A DNA stretch of 64,000 nucleotides. Origin: Epiperipatus broadwayi (Eukaryota > Animalia > Onychophora). The position numbers were made by a program, and so were the translations under genes. Under the pieces are notes generated by a model. It saw only the letters and a list, made by a program, of their open reading frames with translations, did not search any database and was not told the DNA's origin. How positions within the stretch are numbered: the stretch's first letter is position 1; the number at the start of each line of letters is the position of its first letter. The stretch spans positions 17,298,001 through 17,362,000 of the forward strand of contig JAQFVV010000010.1 in the NCBI GenBank assembly GCA_028023455.1, written 5' to 3'. Positions 25,661-36,959 of this stretch are shown piece by piece.

Positions 25661-27069
25661 TGATGCATTGTTCATGATCAACATGATCTATATATTTGAA
25701 GTGACACTGCAGTTTTGGAGCTATCCAATGATAATATTGGCTCCTTTCAATTTATTGTAAACAGATTTGTTATGATGTATCCTGGTGGTAGGTCGAAGGA
25801 TGCCTCAGAAGATTCAGAAAGGCATGAATGATTTTTAAAATAATTAGGGAGTGCACGTAGTCAAGTTAAACATGGTACTTCTAGTCACTCTATTCTATCT
25901 TTACCTGGTTCAACCTGTTTAGCCATTGGACATTGGTCTCTTGCAAGTGAAAGAGATGGTGAGATGATTATTCACAATTTAGATGAATAACGACAAGTGA
26001 TCTATTTTCCGAAAAGATTTGCCTTGTTTCATTTTTAAATCTAATCTAGGTACTAAGCATTCTTTCACTCTAAAACTTCACTTGGTCCTAAAATTTAGGC
26101 TGGTTGAATATCTGCAGTCTCCAAAGATGGATTTAAAGAATGTTATTTTAATATCAGTTTGAACGAGATGGTACCAAGCCAGCTCAAACTAATCCAGTTA
26201 CTCAAACACTGACCCCACAAAAAATATCCACTGAGATGAACATATGTATACAATGCTGATTAGTGACAATGTTGATTAGTGCAAGCAGCCAGTATCAAGT
26301 TCAAGAAACTTATCCCAAGCACAATGTTTGTGAGTATAATGTCAGCTCTCAAGATAGAGTGCTATTTTCTGAAATAACCATCACAAAAGATAAATGTCAC
26401 AACCACCATGATGTCATAGAACAGATTGATGACACAGAGAATCAGCACAACATTGTTGAAGTGATTGATCCAAATTCGTTAAACCCAGGAAGAACTGGAT
26501 GCGAATGAAGCAGAGTCTTCAAAACACACAAACCATGGGCATGCAGCAAACAGAGGTAGGGCATAAGACTTGGGATAGTCAAGAAGTACAAAATGAAATA
26601 AAGAATGATCTGGAGATTGTTGCTAAAGATCTTGATGGAAGAAATGATCCCTGCCCAGAATTCACTCTCCCACACCAGGTAATGCCTGAGATATGGAATG
26701 ATCCTCTCCAAAACCAACAGGTATTCAGTTACCAACTATGCAGATGTCTATCTAGCGAATAAACCCCATGAAAGCATTAACGACATTAACAAAAGATCAA
26801 CTCAATTCCACAAGCTCAGGTAGAGAACTCAGACCATTTAACAAACCTACCCCTAGGTAATATAGAATTTGAGATAGATCATAAATCTCAGAAGTTGAAA
26901 CAAGGACAGTTAGATGACACTTCCATGTTTCAAATGAAATTAAGCTCTTAAGACCCCAAGACTGACCATGGATTAGATTATGAATCTATGATAATTGAGA
27001 CAACTCCATGTCCTCATGACATTATGGCAAATATGTGAATGATGTGATGGTAAATTGATTGGATGATTA

Positions 27070-28053
27070 TTTAAAATCATCATGGTACATGTTTGCAAAG
27101 TTCGAATGTTCTTCGGACATGACATTGGTGAATTGAGTGACAACCTTCAGATTTGAGTAATACTCATATGTCTGCCATAAAAAAGGATTGTCATAATAGA
27201 AAGGCCAGTTCAAAAGGAACTAATGAGATCACAATATTTGATCATCTTAAGTGTATGTTATGGCTTTTGAAGTATTTTCATAACCAAGTAGATGACAAAA
27301 AAATAGAATGTTATTGGACAAAAAAATAGTAAGTTATTGGAAAGTAAGGGAAATCACCATACTACAAAAACCACCAAACCAGATGGTCCATGGTTCCACA
27401 AATTATATAACACACATGCAGATCCTTTTACATTCATTAAGCTCATAAATGCTAGTGCTTTAAAAGCACTTATACAGAGATGGACGTCATGGATTGTGAT
27501 TTAGAACATGTGAAATGGACTAAACCCAAAAGAACAACCCCAAATATAATATTAAAAAAATATATATACACTTACATAACCACCGACCTTACAACACAAA
27601 CGAGGTCTTCAAAGAAAGAATGCTAAGGATACTTGTTTATTAGTCTATATATTATGTAAACCATAATTTAGAGCTTATTTAAACATATAATATAGACTAG
27701 TTAAACAAGATGAAACCCATGTTATTTGATAAATATCAAGCCCCAATTAAATGTACCAAATATGATCCAGAAAGGACCTATTGAAAGCTTATGTTCAACT
27801 AAAAGTCAAAGCTGATAGAAGGAACAAATATAAGAAAAGAAATACCCACAATTTACAGGTAGAAGACGAGAGTGTTAAAAATTCCACATCCAAGCAAGAA
27901 TTTTTTTTAACATTAAAGGGGAAATGCCAAAAATTTTATAAGCAATACGAGGGACCTTTCACTTTTGTGAAACAGTTTGCTTCTGATGCATTTTGGAAAT
28001 AAATGGAGAAGTGAAGGGAACCTATAATGCATTTAGTTTGAAGCCTTATTTTG
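27070..28053 (+). pseudogene. Gypsy integrase remnant
   Basis: ADPFTFIKLI (~27428, cf. D.FTKFIKLY); KADRRNKY...KFYKQYEGPFTFVKQFASDAF (27781-28002); then NGEVKGTYNAFSLKPYF (~28002-28053), the typical gypsy integrase C-terminus (GPY...G.N...LK.Y). A possible HHCC remnant lies at ~27075-27185. Confidence 0.75.
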
Positions 28054-28452
28054 GTTGAACAGAATGATCACTGAGTATATATGCTTGATTAAAAAAATAG
28101 GCATGAGTCTCAATCAGAATTAGAAAAGGAAATGAGACAAAATCATAAAAATAAAAAATAGGGTCATTTAACATACGATGAGAGTAGACCCAGGTAATTA
28201 TAAAAACAATTACTGGGATGCTTTACAGTCAACTGAGATTTAGAACTGATTCATACAGAATGGTGAACACTCCAATGTTTATTTAGTCCTTTTATGAAAC
28301 CCAATAAGCCTCAAAGGAGCAGGGTAAAAGGCTAACTAATTGACTATGTGCCATCTACTATAGAGACACATTACCTGTTGATCTCATACCACACAACCAC
28401 ACAAGTTTCAAAGAAAGAAATTAAAAAGCAATTGTAGTATAGTCATAAGATA

Positions 28453-28630
28453 TAGATTAGAGGGTACTCATCTGAGCTAAAGATGCTGCTCTATGGCAGG
28501 ATTTTCATGCTAAAACACATAAAAATGCTGTTTCCGCGGCCTAGATTAGACGGTACTCATCTTATAGCTAAAGACGCCACTCTATGGCGTGATTTTCGTG
28601 CTAAAACACAAAAATGCTGTTTCCGCGGCC
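28453..28630. repeat. 89-bp tandem duplication of flank plus left end of the TIR element
   Basis: TAGATTAGA(G/C)GGTACTCATCT...AAAATGCTGTTTCCGCGGCC at 28453-28541 and 28542-28630. Confidence 0.9.
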
Positions 28631-29755
28631 ATCACATTCGAACCCGTGTTTTCTATAATACAACTTTTTTGCTGTGCTTCAGAATGCAGACTGCTATATC
28701 GCGTCGCAGTACAGCATGTATGTCGCATCGCAGCAAATACATTTTCCGAATTCACACAGTTTATAAAATATTTACGGCTTGATGAGAGAGTTTGTATTTG
28801 AATTCGATGGAAATGTTGTTTTCATTGGATTTTATTTTTTAAAGTAATAATTCTAAGATTTTTACAACATACTGTATTGAAGTTTTAATTGGGAAAATGT
28901 TAAATATCTACGTTTTTAGTGAGTTGCAATTAGGTAACGCATCAAGTAACGTACTGTTCATAACATTCCATGAGACAAAGACATAAAAAAGAGTGGTACC
29001 AAAAAAATATCCAGTAACAAATATACACATTTTTTTGTAAATTTCATAAAAAGCAAATATAAACATGTTTAATAAATAAAGAAGACATTTATATGTGTTT
29101 GTTGTTTAAAAAAGTTTGAGTTTCTTTATTTTGTCCGAGTACGGTTATGATTTTGAATTTTTTTATTTTAGCATTACAAACAACAGAACACTAACCCTAA
29201 ACCTAACCGTAACAACTTTTACTTTTTATTGTTATTCAGTTTGAAGTAAAAAATAGCCGTAATATCTCTTTGTCTGTAAAAAAAAAAAAAGTAAAACAAA
29301 GACTAAAAAAATAGAAAATAGACTAAGAAATTTTACTTTTTATTACAATTATTATTTTTTAGTTAAACAACAACAACAAAAAAAGTCGTAACACAAGTAA
29401 AAAAATATCCGATAGAAAATTGATAAAAAAAAGCCGTAACACAAGTAAAAAAATATATGATAGAAAATTGATAAAAAAAAAAGCCGTAACACAATTAAAA
29501 AAATATACGATAGAAAAAACACGAATCAAATTGTAATTTGTTGATTTTATTTTACATTTATTATTATCATTTAAATTGTATACATTAATAAAAAATAATA
29601 TTTATAAAAGATTATTTTGTTTTGTTTTTATTTTCGCATTACGAAAAAGCACAGCAAAATTATTATAATCAATGGCCCGTGAATAGTCATATTTTTTAGT
29701 TTTAGCATGAAAATGGCACCATCCAATGGCATTTTTATCTATAAGACAAGCACCG
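28551..29755. mobile_element. Non-autonomous TIR DNA element (1205 bp), superfamily unassigned
   Basis: Imperfect ~57-bp TIRs (CGGTACTCATCTTATAGCTAAAGACGCCACTCTATGGCGTGATTTTCGTGCTAAAAC vs the reverse complement of 29699-29755). The direct repeat ATTAGA lies at 28545-28550 and 29756-29761. No transposase ORF. Confidence 0.8.
29385..29517. repeat. Internal minisatellite, ~3 x 48-50 bp
   Basis: G(C/T)CGTAACACAAGTAAAAAAATAT..GATAGAAAATTGATAAAAAAAA units start at 29385, 29433 and 29483. Confidence 0.9.
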
Positions 29756-29833
29756 ATTAGAGTAAGTAGATTTTATAACCCTCCTTCTTGCACCAACATT
29801 CCAATGATAAACTTAAAGCATGCACTCTGTATG

Positions 29834-29888
29834 AGGGTTAAAATTTTAATAATAACTTTAAATTTTAACCCTGTAAGGGTGGGTAAAT
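29834..29888 (+). other. Hairpin plus polypurine tract preceding the 3' LTR
   Basis: 13-bp perfect stem AGGGTTAAAATTT (29834-29846) / AAATTTTAACCCT (29860-29872), then AAGGGTGGGT (29875-29884) and AAAT, then the LTR start TGT at 29889. Confidence 0.75.
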
Positions 29889-30004
29889 TGTATGGATATC
29901 TTTACAATCTAACCTTTATCAATCACTATCCAATCCAGCTCTTTTTTAATTTTAGTTAATAACCAACTAAACATACATTTTCATTTATAAAATAAATAAA
30001 ACTA

Positions 30005-31193
30005 CACCTGGGTCTCTTTTTACGCGGACTTATTTAGCACGATTTTGAAGTTACGCGATTCGTGTTTCACCGGAAGTCGACCTCCAATAATGCGCAATTA
30101 TTTTAAATAATAAATTTTGTGCACTTACATTATATTGAAAGTAATAGCACATTATTGGAATTCTACTTTCATCTTAGTAATTTCACCATTTTCAGTGCTT
30201 TATAATAGTAAGATTTTATGCAATAATGAAATTAAAATCATGATTTCCACATTTTATGTATACACACATTAAATTTTACCAGATTATAATGTAAATTTGT
30301 TCAAACATTGTGCATGTTAATTTTGCATTTTAAATCACATTCTGTTTTTGCTTTTTAAAAAAGAACGTAATCAATTATTAATCATTTAGTGTCCACAAGT
30401 TTATTTTTAAAAGGTCAGTAATAGCAGTGGGCACAATTAAAAATTAAAATCTGATTTTTAATTGTAATTAACAATTTAAAAATTACTTACGGGCGACTTG
30501 AAATTAATGTGATGTAAAACGAAATTTGATTTTTAAACGGAATTGAAAATTAAAGACAAAAATAAGAATTTAATTTTTAGTTGTTAGTTTTAATTAAATT
30601 TTTCCCAGCAGTGGTGAATAAATGTCTTTATTATCATAAGTCTAAGTTCATAAACAATTAATAAAATCATCACCGTCAACAGAAAACCATTTACACAACA
30701 TGAGAGTGAATTTGGCGCTAGTTGTATTTCCTCTTGTGAGAATAATTGCTGAGATATTCTTGACTTCGTTTAAGGAGAAGCCAAATACATCACACAAGAA
30801 TCTGATTTTTTACTAGTTTGCAAACGAATGTGTTTTTGGGCAAATAGCGGTAATAATTAAAACGTGTATAAAAAAATATAAATAAATGTACTGTAAATTA
30901 TGCATAAAAATATATTATTTTGAATAAAATTAAATATTATAGTTAAAAAAAGTTTGTCTTGTATCAATTTTTTTCAAATTTGAAATTTTTTATTAGTCAT
31001 ATTTTATTTCCTTATTTTTTTTGCGCGAATTTTAAAGTAATTTTACGTTGGTGCTTTGCTTTACGCGAATTTTGAAAAATCACAGAATGCACCCCCTCCC
31101 CTTTTTCAATGTAAGTTACGTCTATTTTTGCGCGATTTCGTTTGCGTGTGTTTTCTGAGGAACCTATCTATCGCGTAAAATGAGACCCAGGTG
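30005..31193. mobile_element. Non-autonomous Tc1/mariner-superfamily (pogo/Tigger-like) element, 1189 bp
   Basis: 22-bp TIRs with 1 mismatch (CACCTGGGTCTC(T/A)TTTTACGCG), TA at 30003-30004 and 31194-31195, repeated internal TTACGCG/TTGCGCG motifs, and absence from the 5' LTR. The pogo assignment rests only on the TA TSD and TIR style. Confidence 0.85.
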
Positions 31194-32181
31194 TATATAT
31201 ATATAGACACAACAAATGTATATATTTTTATTATATTAAGAAAGGATCAAAACAAACTTTATTTTTTAGAAAGATGAAAACCCCAATCAAAAGAAAACAA
31301 GTAACTATGATATTAATATATGTATGTATTACAATAAATATAATATCAGTATATTTGACTTCATTTTAAAAAGACTTGGACTAAATAAACATGGTAACCC
31401 AACGTCAAACCAGTCATTAGGTAACCAAATATGGAAGATAAAAAAATAAACATAATTCTATTACTTAATTTTTTTTTGCTTATAATCAAGATAATACGCA
31501 TAACAATAGATATATATAAAGATGAAAAAAGAAATAAAATGCAATTACTGTAAACAATGAAAGCTGAGGTCAAAAATAAAAATGAACTTAATTCTTTTCA
31601 GTTGTCTTTCTGCTTTTTTCCAAATAAGACAATTTTTATAATATAATATCAAAAGAATTGAATGCTTCAATATTAAGAAAGTGAATAGTTTATTGAACAC
31701 TTCAAACTATTTGCTGAATTGTGATATAGTCAATTACAAGAAACCTTAATTATTAATTAAATAAAGACATTCTTAACAAGTTCAAGCAATTTTAAATCAA
31801 AAGAATGGATTTAGATAAACGTTTGATATAAAAAATTACCACACTATTTTTCAAATTCAAGTAGAAGGGATCGCAATGGTAATATAGTATCTATATATAT
31901 ATCACTGATGGAATAATCCCACTTATCTAAAATCATTTAATAACAAACGTCAAATTAAGAAATTGTAAATTATTAATTTGTTAAAAAATTATGATTGCCG
32001 GCTAACTCAGTAGTGTTGTAGGGCTTAAGTGTTCTTCAGCCCTTACCAAAATAAGTACAATGAATTAGTGTTTAAGTGTGTAAGGCCTGCCAAAAATCTC
32101 AAATGCCACATCTAAAATTTACAGATGGATATAAAAGGAAAAACAAGAACAGTATGTATGTTGCTAAGGAGTCTTCATGAA

Positions 32182-32373
32182 GAATGCATGATCTGTCACA
32201 GCAGCTCGACCGAAATAACAATGGACTATCTATCAGAAACATTAATTTCCCAACTCTTAAATCTCATGGCAATCATCACGAATGCATGATCTGTCACAGC
32301 AGCTCGACCGAAATAACAATGGACTATCTGAGACATTAATTTCCCAACTCTTAAATCTCATGCCAGTCATCAT
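32182..32373. repeat. ~98-bp tandem duplication specific to the 3' LTR
   Basis: GAATGCATGATCTGTCACAGCAGCTCGACCGAAATAACAATGGACTATCT... at 32182 and 32280. There is a single copy in the 5' LTR (~23452-23550). Confidence 0.9.
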
Positions 32374-35300
32374 GAAGAAATATTAATTTGTTACATGATA
32401 TATTTTTTATGTTGGTAGAATTATGTATTATTGTATATATATATTCACTTCTGTATTTGGAAACCGAGATCTCTTTAACTTGGAAGACTTCATTGCAGCT
32501 AAATTTGAAAAAACACACAGAAGAAGATTATTAGCTTAAATAATTTTTTTTAAAATAAAATTTAGGTAATCTTCCCTTTTATAGCGACATGACATTTGTT
32601 TTGATTAGTATTAGGATTCTTACCAAAATATGGGATAAGAGGTAAGATCTTTATTTATTACTATTTCATATAAAAAGAAATATAAAGTTTTGACAATACA
32701 GAATTTATGTGGTTTATTTATTTTTTGTTAATTAACATTTGTTCATGCATGTTTATTCAGTATAAATGATTAACATTTCTGCATGAATTGTCTTTTCTGT
32801 TTAACTTCTACATGTTAAGAAGGGGCTCTTTCAGAGAGAGAAAATGCTATTATTGGAATTAAACCCAATAGTTATTTAATATATTTTCGTTTCTTTTATT
32901 AGTTAATTAGCTTCATCATCAATGCAATGTTGAATTAATGATTTTTTTTTGTTACATTTATTTACTTTATATATAATGAGTGTTTATTCATTTATATCTA
33001 TTAGGGAAAGAGTTGGTTTAATTAATCTCTTTAATTGTCAGTATGATAGGCATACATACTTAACACTTACATATATATATATTTTATTTTGTTAAAGAAG
33101 TTCATCAATTTTATATTATATTTGTAAATAAATGTTATTAGTTTACTTATCGTTAAATGGTCTCTAGTTTATCAAAGTCATTTCTTTCCCATTCATCAAT
33201 CGATAATCATACATACATATACACAGATATTTTTTGTACTTTATGACATTGTAATAGGATTAAATGAGTATTATAGTTGATTTATGATGTATATATATAA
33301 GCATACGATAAATCCTACGTAAGTTAAATTCATTGCTAAAGAGAGTTAATTACCATATTCTCCCTGGGTTCGAATTCTGAGGCATGTGTGGAATCTGAAA
33401 GAGGATAAGGTATAGATGAACTAAATAATGTCTAAATTTAATGTGTGAAATAAGAGCTAGCCCACTAGAAGTAGACATGATCATTCGTTAGTTACTTCAT
33501 TGCATCATTATTATCCTCCTACCTGAAGACCCTAAGTCTGATAATTATTAGATCTATTCCCCTCTTTTAATGGAATAAACCAAATTGTCACATATTCTGA
33601 TGCAACCAGTCACGGAGTAGCTGACATCAGATTCTGTTATCGTATTTTTTCATATTCTATCCATATTAGCAATTATGATGACATTAACTAACAGTCTATT
33701 TAATATAGCTGACTAGAAAACTTTAATCATGACAGTCAACATCAAAACTATGCAATTGTATTCGGACAAATGCAGAAGTTACATAGAATTCAATGTTGCC
33801 TGCTTTGAAGAAGCCATACCATAAGGGACAAAATGAACTCTGCCATAAGACCTATATATCATTATCTAGTGGCATTTATCTATACTATCTATAGTTTCTG
33901 ATACCCTGAAGAGGATAATCACAAGCAAGACTAGATTGCTAAAGACCATTGTTAAAGTTGTGTGCATATATATAATAAATGTATAATATTTACAGAAAAC
34001 TGGCTTAGGGATGGCTAAACTTTTGGATGTTGAGGGGTGGCAACTTTTTTGGTGAAAATTTATCTGATGATGACTAGTTTTTTCAGGACTTCAAACTGGA
34101 AACCGGAAAAATTTGGCACCATCTATCAGTCATTTTGGTAGCATTTTAACTATTTTATGCTTATTTCATTGTAAAATTGTAGCTTCATTGGTATTTAAAT
34201 TTTAATTCCAAAAAAATCCACTATTGGCAGTATTTTTCACAAAAAGTCAATTTCTGGTTGTAGTCTATTGTATATAGTCCAATCTCTTTTTGCTTATAAA
34301 GTATTGCAAAGCACTGATTGTCAACTTTGGTTATTGTTCTCCATGTGTTTCTAATTGTCAAAGTCAGAAATCACACAAAAATGTTTTATGCTTTCATAAT
34401 AGATTTTGAACTTAAATAAATATATTTCTCATAATTTTTTACATTCATAATTAAGTTTTTATATTAATTTACCTAAATATAAACTTTGATTCGAAAATTT
34501 TAAAATTTTACAAGAATAATAATCATGAAAAAGTGGATAGTGCTGGACCACTATTTAAGACAAGTGAATAATGTTGACCGTTATTTGCATATCAATGACA
34601 TTTAGTGATAGCTAGCAAACGCAACTATTTTTCATAAATATTTATGGAGTTTATGATTATTTTTTACACTATATCGACTAATAATGTGACTAGATTTAGA
34701 TTTTTATTTAAAATATCAAGAAAAGACCATAGAAGTGAATAATCAACTATCGTAATATCTTAGACACAAGAAACATAATGATTGGTTGAAATATAATTTC
34801 TTTGTTTTACTGCAGGGTATTTTTCATCTGTTTTTTTTTTTTTTTTCAATTATTAACATTGTAAAATTTTTGTTGCATGTAACCAATTTGAATGTAAAAT
34901 AATTCAATTTTTAGAAGCTAAATTTAAACATTTACTGATTTTTGTACATTAATATATTTCAGAAAGGAAACTGGCTAGATCTGTATTTAACGAATCAAAT
35001 CATTCAAATTTTTACTCAATCTGGCCAATAAGAAAATTCATCAGACAAAAGGTTACATTATCTCAGCTCCTTCTAATATTATAATTTGTCCATGTCATTT
35101 TATAAAATATTTATTAAATTACAATTTTAAATTACCTATAAATAATTATTTTCTAAAGTTGATCATGAATTTTAAAAAAAATTCAAGAAAAAAAAAAGAA
35201 TTTATCAAGGTCAACTTTAAAACTTGAGAACATTAAGACATTTGTATTATGGTAAGATCTTATTTTTATATTTATCCATAAGGCCTTAAGTTTTAATATT

Positions 35301-36959
35301 TATAATTGTTATTTTACTTATTTTCAATATTTTGTATTGTATTTATCTGGTAATAGTTACATAAGTATAAGCAATGATTTCATATTTTATTTATCTATTG
35401 TAAATAAATTGTTTGCTTATTTTTTTATTAACCACTTTAGTTTGTTTTTGCCTTTTGAATTCACTCCTAAACATATGTCATTGATAGCCACTAACTCTGA
35501 GAAATCATGCAATTCATTGGATGCATGCAAGATTAATCATAGTAATCTACAAACGTTAATTATCATTATTAAGATTTCCAGAAGTATGCTGTCTGTTTAG
35601 AAAGCTTGATGACTGAAGATTAATTTTAAATTGATTCTAGAAAAAGAAATTAAAAAATACTTTTGGAATAATTATACTTAACTTTAATGCTAGATTATTA
35701 GATCATCATTATTGTAGTGATTATACTAAATGTGTATATTTGAGTTTATCCATTTTATTTTCAATATAGATGTAAATATATTTTTATTTGAATTTATATT
35801 AACCCATTTACTTGTTATGTGTATCTATTTCTTATTCATATCCATTACGATATATAACAGAAATTTTTTAATTTTTTTTTTTAAGTTAGAGTTAAGAAAA
35901 AGTTACCTAAGAATTCCTATGATTCAAGATAGATTGCAAATTTGATATTATTGTCTATTAAACATAAATAATGTGAAACTTGAATTATGATGCTATAATT
36001 AATGGTTTTGCAGAATGAAAAGTAAGAAAAATAAATTTTTTGAAATAATGGTATTTCACTGTAAAATTTTGAGATAATAAATATATAAGTTAGTATTTTA
36101 CTTTATAATTTTATTAGAATAGATTTCCTCCAAGTGGCACATGAAGTAGAGAAATAAAGAGATTCTCTGCTTTCAATTTTAGTAATTCTTTTCAAAAATA
36201 TTGATTTTTATATCAGGTACTACCAATCCTAAACCATTGCTATTTATATTGAACTGTCCAAATAATTTTTAGTGTATATTGTTCACAAGAATTGTTCTTT
36301 TAAATTTATAAGTACTGTGTGGAAAACATATTGGTTTAACTGTTGAATATATCACATTCCTCTGACAAGTCTAACATTGATTTTTTTTTTTAAACTTCAC
36401 GAAGCCAACACATAAGATTCTCTCTGAGATTTAGGTTTTTGTTAATGTATATTTTTTATTAATAAAATTCCACATACCTGTTTGAATTTAAATAGTATTG
36501 TGGATCTTGAATATTGTGAAATGCTGTCTTCTAGAAATTTGTTTATTTAAATTTGTGATTTTCTTTAGAATAGTGTGTTTTAATATTGATTATGGAGAAA
36601 AATTAAATTCATCATATAGTTTATTGAAAAAAGAACATCTCAATTTTTGCATCTTATTAACCAGATAGACCAAGTGCTGCATTTGTATTACAATTATATA
36701 GGTTTTGTACTTTTATGTAAGCATAGTTAAGTTTTATTCATTTGATTCTTTAGAAGTTATGTTATTGATTAGGGTACTAAGTATGTGACATTTCCCTAGA
36801 CAGATCAAGCAAGAGAACATAGCAACTCAATATTCCCATTAACATTGTATTAAAAAAAATTTTACATATAATTTGCTAAAGCAGTATTATTGATAACATT
36901 TTTTTTTAAACTATTGATTATTCAAATGTTGATTAAACTTTTCTTTTAATATATATAAT

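Larger units (their letters stand above)
18885..33641 (+). mobile_element. Ty3/Gypsy-type LTR retrotransposon, internally deleted, with ~2.5-kb LTRs and three nested DNA transposons
   Basis: Two long direct repeats: 18885-19998 plus 23325-24728, and 29889-30004 plus 31196-33641. The 5' LTR runs TGTAA...TTACA. A PPT-like AAGGGTGGGT lies just before the 3' LTR. GTAT occurs at 18881-18884 and 33642-33645 (candidate 4-bp TSD). Gag-like and integrase remnants lie between the LTRs. The right end could instead extend to ~33658. Confidence 0.85.
29889..33641 (+). repeat. 3' LTR (~2560 bp net of the TA-element insertion)
   Basis: Starts TGTATGGATATCTTTACAATCT and is colinear with the 5' LTR up to CAGATTCTGTTA. 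The terminal CA is not preserved. Confidence 0.85.

Noticed and set aside
28483-28801. 99-aa and 70-aa ORFs at the left end of the TIR element
   Set aside because: They arise from the 89-bp duplicated terminus and contain no transposase motifs.
34005-34600. TAGGGATGGCTAAACTTTT resembling a hAT TIR at ~34009
   Set aside because: No convincing partner TIR or 8-bp TSD was found downstream.
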